A stretch of DNA of 60,324 nucleotides, counting the filler, from Sphacelaria rigidula (Eukaryota), in the NCBI GenBank assembly GCA_964200075.2. It is 8 parts of 8 records of this genome, joined end to end, with 100 filler letters (N's around TTAATTAATTAA, not from the genome) between each part and the next. Parts side by side here need not be neighbours in the genome. Positions count along the whole stretch, not along the records: positions 7,555 to 15,008 come from CAXNAA020014848.1; positions 15,109 to 22,561 come from CAXNAA020014849.1; positions 22,662 to 30,114 come from CAXNAA020014850.1; 5 more parts are not named here. The stretch is one strand, 5' to 3'. Made by a program: the position numbers and the translations under genes. The notes under the pieces were generated by a model. The model was not told where the DNA came from. It did not search any database and saw only the letters and a list, made by a program, of their open reading frames with translations. This document shows positions 12,363 through 25,570 of the stretch, piece by piece. The first letter of the stretch is position 1. Each line of letters starts with the position of its first letter.

Positions 12363-13955
12363 AACAGCCTTGATTCGTTTTTGAGATTCAACATTTGGGT
12401 GGGGTTGATTTCGCCATCGAAGTGCCATTTGTTCCGTCCAAGAAGCTCGGGATTTGCAACCGGTGTCGACCATGTAACCCTAACCCAGACGTTTCTGCAC
12501 GGCAGCGAAAGCATGATAGTAAACAGTCCAACAGAAGAACCGCCGTCATTGTGCGGCATCTTTCGAGCAGGACCCGCGTCTAAGCGCTATGGAACACGTA
12601 ACAAAGCATGCTGAAAACATACTTCTTTGGACTAGTTATCGAGATCTCGAGCGCCTCTTGTTGAGTATCGAGGTGCTTCATCCAGTCGGAGCCAGCTATC
12701 ACGCCTCGTATGGCCACTTCCGCCGCGGCTGTGTTGAGAACCAGTTTTGCGGTGAGGCTGTCGAACAATACTACTGTAGTGCAACGCGCTTGCAAAATCC
12801 GGGTCGTTTCTTTCAATTAAAAGCCCGCATCAGCTGCAGTTCGAATATCCCTCGTGACGGTCCCAAACGGGGTCTGATCCAGCAACGGAAAGTTTTGGCA
12901 CCCTCTCCCTCAGAGAGGATTTGTGACAACCCTAGGGTTAGGATCAGACCCCACGGGGAGTCCCGAAATAACGCATAGTGCTCTTGGAAAGTATTCGTTC
13001 ATTATAACAGGTATGAAGCGTTTATGTAAAGAAAGTTCGATTTTGAACAGGTAAAGATGTACTACGATACCCCTGAATACTATTCTACGTGTTTCATTCT
13101 GAGCGATGTTCCTCAAATATCTCTACACTTGTCACAAATCCTCTCTGAGGGAGAGGGTGCCAAAACTTTCCGTTGCTGGATCAGACCCCGTTTGGGACCG
13201 TCACGAGGGATATTCGAACTACAGCTGATGCGGGCTCTTAATTGAAAGAAACGACCCGGATTTTGCAAGCGCGTTGCACTACAGTAGTATTGTTCGACAG
13301 CCTCACCGCGAAACTGGTTCTCAACACAGCCGCGGCGGAAGTGGCCATACGAGGCGTGATAGCTGGCTCCGACTGGATGAAGCACCTCGCATGGGCACTA
13401 CTGGCAAAACAACCCCAAGCGTGGGGCTAACCTTTACCCCCGTTATAAGTCTCTGCAGCTTTATTGTAGGGCATCCATTTTATCCAACTGACGGCTGTAC
13501 TGTAGTGATGCTGTACGCTGGGGTGCTGGTATATCTCAGTAGACTGCTGAATGATGCTGCGCTTCAAAGATAGCTGGCGTCTGTCGCCGCATTGGATCGT
13601 TTTGCTGATGGCGGTCGTCGCCGGCGCAACAGTATGAAGAGTCTCTCAGGTACTCAACAAGAGGCGCTCGAGATCTCGATAACTAGTCCAAAGAGGTATG
13701 TTTTCAGCATGCTTGGTTACGTATTCCGTAGTTCTTAGACGCGGGTCCTGCTCGAAAGATGTCGCACGATGACGGCGGTTCTTCTGTTGGACTGTTCACT
13801 ATCATGCTTTCGCTGCCGTGCAGAACCTTCTGGGTTAGGGTTACATGGTCGACACCGGTTGCGAATCCCGAGCTTCTTGGACGAAACAAATGACATTTCG
13901 ATGGCGAAATCAACCCCACCCACATGTTGAATCTCAAAAACGAATTCAGGCTGTT
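12363..13955. mobile_element. Foldback element: ~570-bp inverted arms (12363-12929; 13129-13955 with insertion 13390-13650)
   Basis: Arms are reverse complements with few mismatches; the ORF track shows mirrored peptides (e.g. MKETTRILQARC on both strands). Confidence 0.85.
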
Positions 13956-15008
13956 ATGTGCCGTTTCATTATTTTCTTATTGGATCGTAATTTGATCATT
14001 TCTTTGGGCCCAAATCGATAAAAACGAGCGAATGTTTCTCAAATCAATACGGCGGCCTCTTATTTTTGATCGAGGACATGTTTCAAGACACCCCCTTATT
14101 TTAGTGGACCAACGTTATAGGAACGAATCTCGATTGTACGGAGACCCCACTCTGTGGGAAATCGGAAGGGCTCGCTTTCGCGAAAGCCAAATCCGTGGGT
14201 ACCGTTTTACGGTCTCAGGCTTCTTATGTAGAAAAAATGGTATGAAAACGCGTTTTCTCATAGCAGGCCAATACTCCACTTCTTACACCGACTCTAACGA
14301 AGCCGTTCAGATTTGATCTTGAAAAACTCCGAACGAGTGGTCACAAACACGACTACTACAGAACAAAATCGTCAAGATTTAGACCCCCAAAAGTTTGAAC
14401 GGGCCCGAAAAATTGACAAATCCCGGCCAGGCGCTCAGAATCGGGAGACGATCCTAAACGCTTGGGGACTTGCTTGAAATTTGGCACAAGAAGTAATCTG
14501 AGACATCTCATGTTTTAGTATAATACAGCACACACAGACTGTGAAGCCGAAGAGCCGGCCGGCGGGGAATAATCCTCCGAGTAGCCGAATACTGTGTGTG
14601 CGTGTGTGTATGTGTGTATGTGTGTGCGCGGTGAATAACCTTTTGAGTACAGTGTCGCATCGTGGTGCCTCAGGCTAATACAGCGCAGCACACTCCATCA
14701 TCACAGTACACGATAATGCCGTGTGGTGATACATGATGGCGCAGTCGCTATTGCGAGGACCGTGAACAGTATGTGAGAAGAATGGACGAGTGCGGTGCCA
14801 TGCAGCATTATTATCACCATCGCCGTAGGGTACGGCATCAACACTTATTATCCGCTTGTCGAACGCCGTGTGCTTCCGCGGCTGGCGCGGCCAGGCACGC
14901 CTTACACTGTCACGAGATTGTCTGCTGATGTGGACGCGAAGATATGAGTCATCCTACGATAGGGGGGGGGGTATTTGGTTGCACGAAAAAAGAGGCTCAT
15001 AAGTGTGT

Positions 15009-15108
15009 NNNNNNNNNNNNNNNNNNNNNNNNNNNNNNNNNNNNNNNNNNNNTTAATTAATTAANNNNNNNNNNNNNNNNNNNNNNNNNNNNNNNNNNNN
15101 NNNNNNNN
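15009..15108. other. Artificial contig linker
   Basis: Same 100-bp N/TTAATTAATTAA/N spacer. Confidence 0.97.
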
Positions 15109-15270
15109 CTTCCATTTGAACTCTACCGGATTTTCCTTATCTTCGTTACAGACGAGTACGGCGCATTTGGTGACATTCGCTGTCACTCTCCATTTCCTAG
15201 TGTAGTCTAGCGCCTTGTCTATTTGTGCCTGTAGCCCTTCAGGTGTTCCTGAAATCCCCACAAAATCAGC
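15109..15270 (-). mobile_element. Non-LTR retrotransposon (LINE) reverse transcriptase fragment
   Basis: ADFVGISGTPEGLQAQIDKALDYTRKWRVTANVTKCAVL is the typical post-YADD RT segment; cut by the contig edge. Confidence 0.75.
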
Positions 15271-16048
15271 CGCGGCGGGGGGCGGGGTGGGGGGGGGATC
15301 GACAAGAGAAGAAAAATCAAACAAACTAGATAAATATGGCAGGGATTGAACCCGTGACCCGTTCCCTAGAGATCGTGAGATCAATGTTTCACTGCTTTAC
15401 TGAATTGACGTGATGTTAATTGACGTCGGTGATTCATTTGCTTTTCTGTGCAGTAATTGGGAGCAATATATTTGCACGGTATGTATTCGAGTGGTGTTTA
15501 AGAACCACAGGAATGCCAGAACTTGCGCGCTAGTTGTTCGGACGCAAACTGTGGAATATGATTAACTCGGAAGCGATTTGAATGGGAACGGGAGTGCATC
15601 GGGTGCTTTGTAACGGTTTGAACGGTAATCGTGTTCTGATTCATGCTCCCACGTGGGAAAATTACCCGCGTAATACGTGTTTCTTTTTCAGTTTTGATAC
15701 TGTGTATTTGGTACACCTTGAATTGTTATTATTGACAATTATCTACATGCAAGAATTGATATTTTGTTACGTGTGTACGTTTAGGAATAAGCCTCCCCCT
15801 TGGCGATGTTGTGAAGAAATTCACGGTCGAGGTAACGTGTTCAGAATTTTCTCTGGCATATAGGGTCTCCCGGGCATAGCCGTCGAGTATCCTACGGCAT
15901 CGATATCATAGTTTGGGGGCTTGAGCCATCAATACGGTCCCCTCATGATGCAAGGAGCAACCGGTCTTGAACCGGTTCGCAGCCCTTGAAACGATCTATC
16001 GACTATGTTCTGAATTTGATTCGCCACTGCACTCCTTGACGCAAGCAG

Positions 16049-16131
16049 GAACTGAGTCATATTCAACCTGTGTTGGACAGCGCGAAGCAGGCGGTTGGGT
16101 CGATCAAGTCTGACCACATCAACGAGATCAG
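16049..16131 (+). CDS. DYNC2H1: Cytoplasmic dynein-2 heavy chain, internal exon (ELSHIQPVLDSAKQAVGSIKSDHINEIR)
   Basis: gcag| acceptor, ag|gtgagc donor; stalk CC1/MTBD motif QP...AK.AVG.IK...EIR; phase 2 matches the next exon; not in the ORF track. Confidence 0.88.
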
Positions 16132-17827
16132 GTGAGCTGCGGTGTTTTTGTCGAACACCACATACCACAGACCGCGAGTCGAAAATGCCGAAAAAGGGTA
16201 TCGAATATTGACTGCCTGGCAAGCGCGATATTGTTGCAGTGCTGAATTCTCGCACGCCAGTATATTGTAGCATAACGTTTCTGTCGGTCTTCCAAAGACG
16301 GACACAGATAAGACTTGGCAAGTTAGTCGGTATCGAACTTCTATTTGTACGGTATCATTTGCTGAAGGGTAGCGTCTTGATTATTTTTCCAAACAGTCTG
16401 TTGAACGTACTTCTCTGCTCTGGAGGACGTGAAAAAGCGGTCACGTACATCTCAATCGCGAGCACACTACGTCCGTTTCCTGTGTAGCTTTGTTCAGTAA
16501 GCTTCGGCACCGACTTCAGGATTGACGTTCCCGGACGACTGTCTCGGAGCTGAGTCATTGACGCTCGAGGAGGTTCTAAGTGAATAATCCCGTGAAACTG
16601 CTCGGCTTGGGGTGGTATTCTAGTAACCTCGGTGTAGTTCGAAAATCCACCCTCCCTCTCGCAACTTAGTGCCACGGAGTGCTACAATAATGAAGGTGGA
16701 GACCACGAGAGATGGCACTCCAGGGTGGAACACGCAGTTGTGTCGTGATCTGGGCTGCAACAAAAGCCCAGTCCCATTTCCCTTGAGTGACACTAACCTT
16801 TGCTGGTCATGGATCTGGAAATGCCGTCGGATAGCGGGAAAATAGAAGAAATATGTACGAAGCATCGCCAACGTCTCACCGTATTTCGGTGAAAAACCAA
16901 AGTTCACGGAACAATCCATGAAACCATCTAGTTGAAAACTTATATGCGCCTGGTCTATACCTGCTCTACTTTACTGTTCCTTTTGGGTTTCATCACTCAT
17001 GTGATCTCCCTCTGATATTTTCCTCTCTTTCTCTCCTCATTTCCCTCTCTATGTGTGCGTTCATTCCTCCTGGTGTATGCAACAAGTAACAGCTTGGTGC
17101 CTCGTTTCCGTAGAGTTTATGGATGAGAGCCTCATACCAAAAATAATAAAGATGAATCTCAACCTCTTTCCGCGATTTTCGTTTAGTTTTCTACGAGTGG
17201 ACATGACTGCGGTTTCTGCGCAATGCTGCTCCCATTCATCTACAATCTTCGCTCCTGCCCGATCTCTTTCCATTTTGGTATCAACTGTACCTACGCGTTC
17301 CAACAGCTCTGAAAAAATTACTGCATTTTTCGCCATCTCTTCTTGGAACTCTTGCCATTTTTCTTCGATTTCTATTTAACCGATTCTCCATTTGGCAGAG
17401 GCCGGCCGTCTTTAGTTTTTTCTCTCGTCTTCGTCTTGTTTTGTATCGTTCCCTCCTTTTTTTCTTCAATTTTCCTCGTCTCTGTTGCCTATTTTTTCAA
17501 TCTGTTTCCTTCTCTTTCCTTTAGCGAAAATTTCCATCTTGCTTGTATTCACCGGTACGTCTATTATGTGACCACGGCTGGATCCCTGGGGGGATCACTT
17601 CAAAGTGCGGCAATCACTCACTTAACCAATCAATCAGCGCGAGACTGTCCCGCTTTCATCGTATCACCTGGCTCTGTATATGCCTAAAACTACTCCCCTT
17701 GAACGTGCCGGGACTGGTTGATCTAAAACAACTTTACCTTCAATAAGTAGCCGTTGAAAACTCACGTGTGAGACTGGGTAAACAACACTCAATTGTCTGC
17801 GGTATTTGCGCCTCATTTGCTCGTCAG

Positions 17828-18002
17828 ATCGCTCAAGATGCCGCCTGAGCCCATTGCCGATGTACTGGGAGCCGTGCTTATGCTGCTGGGCATTCGTGAC
17901 ACGTCGTGGTTGTCAATGAAGAAATTTCTGGGGAACCGCGGCGTGAAAGAGGAAATTCTGAACTTCGACGCTCGTCGCATCGACGGGCCACTTCGGGCGC
18001 AG
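17828..18002 (+). CDS. DYNC2H1: Cytoplasmic dynein-2 heavy chain MTBD exon (SLKMPPEPIADVLGAVLMLLGIRDTSWLSMKKFLGNRGVKEEILNFDARRI...)
   Basis: tcag| acceptor, cag|gtaaat donor; SL.MPP and DTSW.SMK.FL..RGV...I..FDAR are dynein-2 type motifs. Confidence 0.93.
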
Positions 18003-19918
18003 GTAAATTGTCTTCATAAGTTGGTCCTCCTTTTCAACTTCCGGCAGAATCATTTCGATGTTCGTTATCACCGTGCAGTTTTCATGGGCACACCCTATTC
18101 AATAATGCACATGCTGCGGAGAGCCTGTTGGTTGAGTACAAAGAACGATGTAATTGTTGATGTCTGATGAAATATATTTGAAACCACTGGGTGAAGGAGG
18201 ACGGTATAAATTTCGACCCCGGTCGGTGACCAGCAGCTTTTAGCGCAGGTGCTGCATCTAGGTATATTCCCCCAACTAGAGCAGGGATGATTTGGCGGCA
18301 ACGAGGTTAGATTGATTCACACATACAGTTATTGTGGATAGAAATGAAACCTTGAGTTACAAATGTTGAGAAATACTGAAAATAAAAAGGAATACGGACA
18401 ATAAAGACCTCGTGACAAAAATCTTGTCAGCTGCAATGTAAAAGGGTAGGTTCTACACTCGACCCTGGTCGTGTCGCCCTACAGCTCCTCGAGCTAGTGC
18501 CTCGGTAGCTCTCAATTTTCATGTCGGTGGTGCTCCTTTTCCTAATACTTGCGTTATTTTTCAGGTACTGTAATGGTCGTATTTTGCCGTAGTATGAATC
18601 TAATGCTTACGCAGAGCGTAGAGTATGAGGTTGAGCGTATACACCGGATGTGGACATACATTTCTTTGCCAAGAAAAATGTCTATGATAGCGGGTTGGTT
18701 TGGAACCGAATTTCAAGATACCGCAGTTAGGCTGTGAGCTCGAAATATGCTACAAAATATACTACTGGGCTAGTTTATTAGAACTTTGAGGGGCCCGCGA
18801 GATATTGATGTCTGGAATCCGCATCAATGAAATTTGGCTGCTCCAGCAGTATGCTGAGATGTCAAAAGACTGGACACGTCTCAAGGCCAGTGCTTGTTTA
18901 CCGATGGCCACATTCGCGATGTGAATACGTTGTCACAATGGTTTATTACGACGCCCTTTCCTCCTCCAAGCGTTAGAGAAAATGCTTGGAAATGCTTCAA
19001 AATCTGCCAAGCGGGAATTATCAGCCAAAAACTCGACGTTACTCGACTTGAGCGCTGTTTTTTCCCTTGAAGGTGTTTGCTACGCATCCGACTCGTTCAC
19101 GCCATGATTTTCGCTACATTTCCCGTATGTCGCACAGTGTTAGGAGAAACACTTGTTCAGAAATGTTGCGGAACCCACCGGAAAACGCATGAATTGCGAA
19201 AAACTTGACATAGTTCGACCCCTGAGCAATTGTTTTCATCCCAGAATTTTGGTACGCATTCGAGTCATAGCCATCATTAAGTCGCCCTCTAGTTCGTTGT
19301 AATACTCGGTGAGCAGAATACGCAAACAATCGTTCTTTAACAACCTACCCAACATTTCGTTGAAACGCCCTGAACAATGTTTCCCTTCCCCCTGTTCACT
19401 TCCCGGGGTTTACACCACTAGTCCATGGTTCCCGCCACTTGTTCCCTTTCCATTTCGTCCCGTCGGTATGATCGTCGAGGATAAAGACGGCAGTTTGAGT
19501 CGGTTAGCCGGCGGAAGACTTCCATTCTTGAATAAACAGCCCAGAATTTTCCCCGACAAGCACCGTGGCCCTGTTCGAAGCGCTTTATTTTTCTTGCAAT
19601 TATCGTTTGTCGAAGCCTGTTGAACGGGTTTCAATGTTGAACTTGATAGCCGGTGATCCCACGTATGATGTACCGCCCTGTACCGGCGCTCCTTGATCGT
19701 TTGGCGTTCGTACGCGATCACTACTACACGGGAAAAAAGTCCTCATCGAAACTCGTGTTGTCCGCCGTCGGCACATAAACCGTTTTTCCGTCAACAGTCG
19801 TGTTAACACGCGAGCTGCGTGCCAAAGAAAGCAAAAAGGCGGCGTACTACTCCTTGCTCAATTTTAAAATGAGAAAACGATTCCTGGCCGCAACTCCTGT
19901 GTATACCGTCCTCTCCAG

Positions 19919-20025
19919 GTCAGCAAGCTCTTGAACCACAAGTCTGCAAGCTTCGAGCACGCGAACATCTACCGGGTCAGCGTCGCCGCTGCACCCCTGG
20001 CTACCTGGGTCAAGGCCAACATCAA
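19919..20025 (+). CDS. DYNC2H1: Cytoplasmic dynein-2 heavy chain exon (VSKLLNHKSASFEHANIYRVSVAAAPLATWVKANIK)
   Basis: ctccag| acceptor, aa|gtgagg donor; S.AAAPLA.WVKAN motif ends the MTBD; phase 0 join with the previous exon. Confidence 0.92.
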
Positions 20026-22561
20026 GTGAGGTTACGGCGGCGGGTAGTGCAGTTGTGGCATTCGTCCCGGATAGGTGCGAACCTGGCCTGAGTGGTGCTA
20101 CGGTGGGGGTGCACAAATAGTTTCTTCGGTTAAATTTGTTAAGAGCTCTTTATCTCATTCAAACCACGACTCATGAAATATGTGAGAGTACACCAGGATT
20201 ACTATTCCAATGTGCCTGGGATATCCTGGACGAAATAGCAAACGGGGATGCCCTGACCCATATTCTTGTGCATCTAGGATCCTTAGGAACCCCTGAACCA
20301 GACAAGAGCTTGCGCAAAAATTGCGCCCCTACCGTAGCCTTACTCGCCTGTCGTTTCGTCCCCGTACGTCAGGGATGAAATATCAATGGTGCAAGAGAGT
20401 GCGAGACCCTTTGTCACGCTTTTTCTTCTCCATCTTCACCAACGTATTCATCCTCGATGTAGCAAAAGGAAAGGGATGAATGAGACCTTGGTCGAGAGGT
20501 TCCGGAGACCATTGCTTTTTCGCATGATCCCTTTCACGCGAGCGTAGGTCATCTGTAAAATCGGCATCAACAGAACTGCAATCAAATATGAATGACCCCG
20601 ACGGCTTACCTTCGTAGTCAAGGGGTTAAGATTTCGAACTTGATGACGTTCGGTTCTCCTCCGAAACTACGGCACCAGAAATCGCTAGGTGGCCTTTGAG
20701 TGATGTCCACCGTAATCGGTTATATGTAGGACGTTGGCTCACTCACCGGGTGTGAGTCGGTAATCACGCGTACAGCATCAAACATGGTCGACTTCCGCGG
20801 CGTTTTCGATTTTGTTTCGCCTCAGCAAGCAAGAGTTCGCGGAACATTGTGTTCATTTCTCTGTTCGCACATGTCTTCTCACTCGTCGACGGTGAGACAG
20901 ACCGTACGCGGCGAGCGTTCCTCCATATCTGTACATTTGATTGATTAGTTATATGGATTGGTCGATTGATTGTCGCGCATTGACTGATCTCCGAGGGATG
21001 CAGTCGCGTACCGTTGTCATGATCCACAAGGTGCACATACCCAAGGAACGTTTCTCGAGAACGGGAGGGAACGAAGCAAAGAAAAATGACACAAACGGAG
21101 TAACACTAGCAGAAAATAGAGAAAAAAGAAAGAGGGAAAATACCTATAACGTTTTCTTCAAATCACACGCGACTCTCTTCCAGTAGCGCTTAAACATTGC
21201 CAGCATCATGTTCCTCTTGTTTGCCGAGCGGTTCTTCTTTCTTCCATGCTGAATGTAGTGTATGACCGTTGTGCCTCCCCTGCCTTTCATTCTCCGGGAT
21301 TTCGTGATATGCCGTGTAGGGTACGAGCTTTGCGTGCATGGTTCTATACTAGTTCCCCGCGATACTCGCAAACCGTTCCTACAAATTGTCGTTTAGCTTG
21401 TTTGAAGTCCGCTGACTTTCGTAGTCCAGTGTACAGTCTTTCAAAATCGAATGGGATGGTATCGTGTGTGATCTTGCTTCTCTAGCGTTCCTTCTTAACG
21501 ATTAGTCCTTTCCATGCTTTTCATGACATTTACACCGTCTCTGGTGATTCAAAATTCATCCGTCTCTGCACATCGTATACGCTAACCGTAGCATCCCATT
21601 GGGGCAAGCATTGGTCATTTTTACGATCCCGGATGCGATTACTCATCATGCGATTCCGCTGCAAGTAACTGGGTTTCCTTTGTTGGTTTGCAGTGTAAAA
21701 TATACTCATAGATCTTCCGGTCGTCTTCCTGTTTCATGTTTTGAATCGATTGCTAGTTCCTTTGGCCCCTTGGTCCTGCTGGTTGGAAGAGTAGGTGTTC
21801 ATTGCCAGAAAGAGTAGCATTGACGTTTGCCTATTTCACAACTGATTTCGTTTGAGTGAGTCGCCCGGTATTATGCTGCAGTGGTGTGTTTGCCTTTGCG
21901 TGTTGGACAGTCGCACATAGTAGTTGTTTTATGCCTTATTGACGGTGGTGATGACTGTCTCGTCGTTGTTGTTGTTTTCGTTGTTCATCACACTAGCCCT
22001 TTTCCAGAACTCTAGCGCCCGCGGCCACACAGCCGTGGCACCAAAAGATAGAATACAGGGGGGGGGGAAATAGCCATACGCCCACGGACATGAAAACACG
22101 GCGTGCCTGAGGGCGGGGTTCTACAAATACCTAGCGAAAAAACACGAAACAACACAAAGCAATACACGCACGAGTCGAAAGTACGAACTAAAACGAGAAG
22201 AAATCGTCGAGTTCCTCGTGTAAGCCGTTGAATGTTTCTACCGCAGCGTGTGGAGTTCGATGTTTTCGTGTTGTGGTCTAACCTCGGAGACGATTTTGGA
22301 GATTTGTAAGGCGTTCCTACTCTGTATATCTATTTTACATAGCCATTGGACGGGGGAGAGATGGGTTGATCCCTTGAGCCCCGGACTCGTCCCGAGGAAG
22401 GGTGGGGGAGGGGCGTACTCATATGTTGCTTGCCTTAGTCGTTTGATCATTGACCACGCATCCCTTTCGAGACGGAGCACCCGAGGAGGGGGGGGGGGGG
22501 GGGGTGCAGAGTGCCACCAAACACAAATTCACAAAAAATCACCCTGGGAAGCGATATGCCT

Positions 22562-22661
22562 NNNNNNNNNNNNNNNNNNNNNNNNNNNNNNNNNNNNNNN
22601 NNNNNTTAATTAATTAANNNNNNNNNNNNNNNNNNNNNNNNNNNNNNNNNNNNNNNNNNNN
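22562..22661. other. Artificial contig linker
   Basis: Same 100-bp spacer. Confidence 0.97.
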
Positions 22662-22799
22662 CTAGCCCTACAGGCTCTCTGATCAGTCGAATCCCCCTTT
22701 GATTGATGTCATGCGTGCTCACCCCCCCCTCCCCCCCCCCGCGCGCGCGCCCAAAAATAAAAATGACGTCGTTCCCACGGGTGCCGTGACACGTCGCCC

Positions 22800-24150
22800 A
22801 AGGATTTCCGACCAATCTGATACTTCGACCGTAGGCGGCGTTCTTCAAGAGGCGATTGGAACCAAAAAGCGAGTAACTGTTTCCGGCGAATGCAAAATCT
22901 GTGGGCACGTTTTCGCTTTTCGTCTACGTCTATATCAGCATGCGAGTTTGCCCCGGTAGCCCGTAGCCTAGTGAGTGAACTCGAGACCCACGCATCGGTG
23001 GGTTCGGTGGCCCACTTCCCGAACTGGCCGCATGTGTTCTACGACCGGTGGATATTTCAAAATTACCTCCGTCGATGCCAACAATCAACGAGAAAATGAG
23101 AGTTATGCACGCCCCGCTTCATGTTACAAGTCGGACATCAAAGCGCCGCACTTGCACCTATCGGAAACTCGCGTCCTTTGTTGTGAGACTAATGGGATGG
23201 AAAAAGACATGATGCAACATGGTGGGGGGTGCCGTATCGTGTGCTTGTCCTTCGCGGATCCTGTACAACAAAGAGACCTACCTTTCTTCAACGAAAGTGG
23301 AGTCTGACGCACCCCGTGTTACATCAGAAGGGATGGTTTGAGGTTCGGAAAAAGCTCATTGCAACGTCCGAGTCTTGCGTTTCTCCTTGACACTATTGTG
23401 TTGACAGGTTGGGGGAGACGGCCGGGCCGGGGAGCGTTGGCGGCTGACGGAGCGTCAACTGTTGTCACTCTCTAGGCACCACATGACACCCCTTCTCGAC
23501 AACCTTCGTCTACTGGTTGTGGCATTCGATAATATGCGGGAGAAAGACCGAGTTCATATCGCTACCGTTGGAGAGATCGTGAACAATCGAGACTGGTGAA
23601 ACATTTTCTCCATCCGCGTAGATAATGCTCGTAGAGTCGGGAATCGTGGAGACTTACGTCGAAACTCAACGGGACGGATTCGGGTCTGAACGCGCTCTAC
23701 TGTTCGTCAAGACTGCAAGCAACATTTCAATGGCGATTTTCATCATAACCGAATAATTTGAGTGCAGATTCACGCAGAGGTTTTGGTTTCATGGTAGCAT
23801 TTGAAAGCACACCGAAATAAGTATTACTTCTACAGGTGCACAAATAGCGAACCTCGCCGACATTTTTCAGATATCCCAAAGTCATCCATGACTACCTTAT
23901 GGAAATACTTGACGCACTGAAATCGATGTATTCGTCATCCGTGCCCATCCATGTTGCTTCCGTTGAACGAGCAGGTTACTCCGACTGGCAACCATCTGCA
24001 CGTCGGCAGAACGGTGCCTGGCGTCACGGCACAACCGATCAGCCCCTGCGCCTCGGAGCTCAACATTGTTTCATGGTGCCATGAACGACTTGTCCACGGA
24101 TATCGGCGGTGCGAACAATATCGGTGGCACCAGGTACGAACCTCGCGGTA
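22800..24150 (+). pseudogene. Possible highly decayed transposase, hAT-like
   Basis: Collinear fragments across frames: ECKICGHVF (BED-finger-like), GWKK, ADGAS, NLADIF, PIHVAS; many stops and shifts. Confidence 0.3.
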
Positions 24151-24393
24151 AATGCAGTTTCAAAATGAAGTGGTTATATTGTCCATGATCCTACAGCAAA
24201 TATTCCACACAAATGCTTCCAAGGTCTGGCATTTATCGTACGACATACATCTGGACGATGGATGTCCATCTTCAATATTGGTTTCTTCAGCGAGCGTTTC
24301 CGTTTTCTTTAGTTGGGGTATGTTTATCTCGTGGATAATGACCACGGTTAGGTCATGGCCCTCGGATGAGTTGTTGTCCAATAATCATTCGTT

Positions 24394-24394
<1 letters not shown>

Positions 24395-24444
<50 letters not shown>

Positions 24445-24466
24445 ATCGATCGATCGATCGATCAAT
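24395..24466. repeat. (CAAT)n/(CGAT)n compound microsatellite
   Basis: Seen directly. Confidence 0.95.
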
Positions 24467-24469
24467 AGA

Positions 24470-25250
24470 TATCCATCTGGAACATCTCGGTCCACGTAGA
24501 GTATAAATCAGGCATGTTCACATCCACGTGGGATATTCATCTGAGGTATTCATCGGGGATCTCACGTCGACGTAGAATATCCATCTGGGGTGTTCCATCT
24601 GGGATGTCAGACATACCTAGATCATTCACCTAGGATACTTCGTCTGAGGATTAGGGGTCAAGGGTAGACACTATCTTGCACTATTGCGCTTGGTGATTGA
24701 TCGCGAGCCTACTCCTGCGACCCGGCGTGCTCCGTCCCGGCTTTGTAGGGATGCGAAGTCAATGGTCATATGATCATGGCATGCAAGATCATGCGTACAC
24801 CCACTCTCCCTCCTCACCTCCATCTGGGATATTATATACATCTGGGACATCCATTGGGGTATCAATGTCCATCTGAGATGTCCATTTGGGATATGGACAT
24901 CCATCTGTGTGTGTTGTGTATGTTGTCGTCCCATTTATTCTGGGCGCCAGTCTGCCCCATTCCGTGTATGTGGGGACCTCAGGGAATCGAACCCCACAAC
25001 TCAACCATCAGAAGGTTACGAGGTTACCAACTGAACCACCGGGGCGACCGGTCATCTGGAATGTGGATATCCCAGAGACTTCTCCCAGATGAACGTCTCA
25101 CATGCACATCCATATCCAAGATAAGCGTCAATATTCCCGATGGATGTCCATACCCTAAATGGACATTCCAGATGGATCTGATATCTAAGGTGAACATTCT
25201 GGATGGAAAGATAGATACCCCAGATGGATATAATTCCCCACATGGAGGCA
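24470..25250. repeat. CATCTGGGA/TCCCAGATG motif cluster, probable MITE body with two later insertions
   Basis: Motif is forward in the left part and inverted in the right part. Confidence 0.55.
24908..25052 (-). mobile_element. tRNA-derived SINE
   Basis: Minus strand ccggtcgccccggtggttcagttgg...ggttcgattccc (A and B boxes); flanked by CATCTG on both sides; head related to 41690-41765. Confidence 0.7.
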
Positions 25251-25446
25251 TATTGCAAGGCTCTCGCCTTCCCACACTTCCAGACCCACTCCGTACATAT
25301 CGTAACAAAACAAAATCCGAACATTTCTGCGCTGACTCGTGACTTCTGGCCAATCTACGACGAATATCTGCAGTGCCTTCCCTGTCAACTCAACAACGAC
25401 GTGGGTAACATTCGCGCGCGTGCACGTCACGCGTTTGCTTCTGCAG

Positions 25447-25570
25447 GTCGATCTCCCGCGGTGACGCGACGGGCTCAGAGGGCGGTTTCAGCAAGAGCGC
25501 TCCCTCGGCGAACGGGGAGGGAACGTCGGCGGGTGCCGATCCAGGTAGCGGAGGCAGCAAGAAAATAAAG
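25447..25570 (+). CDS. Putative penultimate exon of an unknown gene (SISRGDATGSEGGFSKSAPSANGEGTSAGADPGSGGSKKIK)
   Basis: ttctgcag| acceptor; AAG|GCAAGT GC-type donor; open G/S/A-rich frame in phase with the next exon. Confidence 0.5.

Noticed and set aside
12580-13430. Duplicated genes on opposite strands
   Set aside because: Mirror ORFs produced by the foldback arms; no recognisable protein
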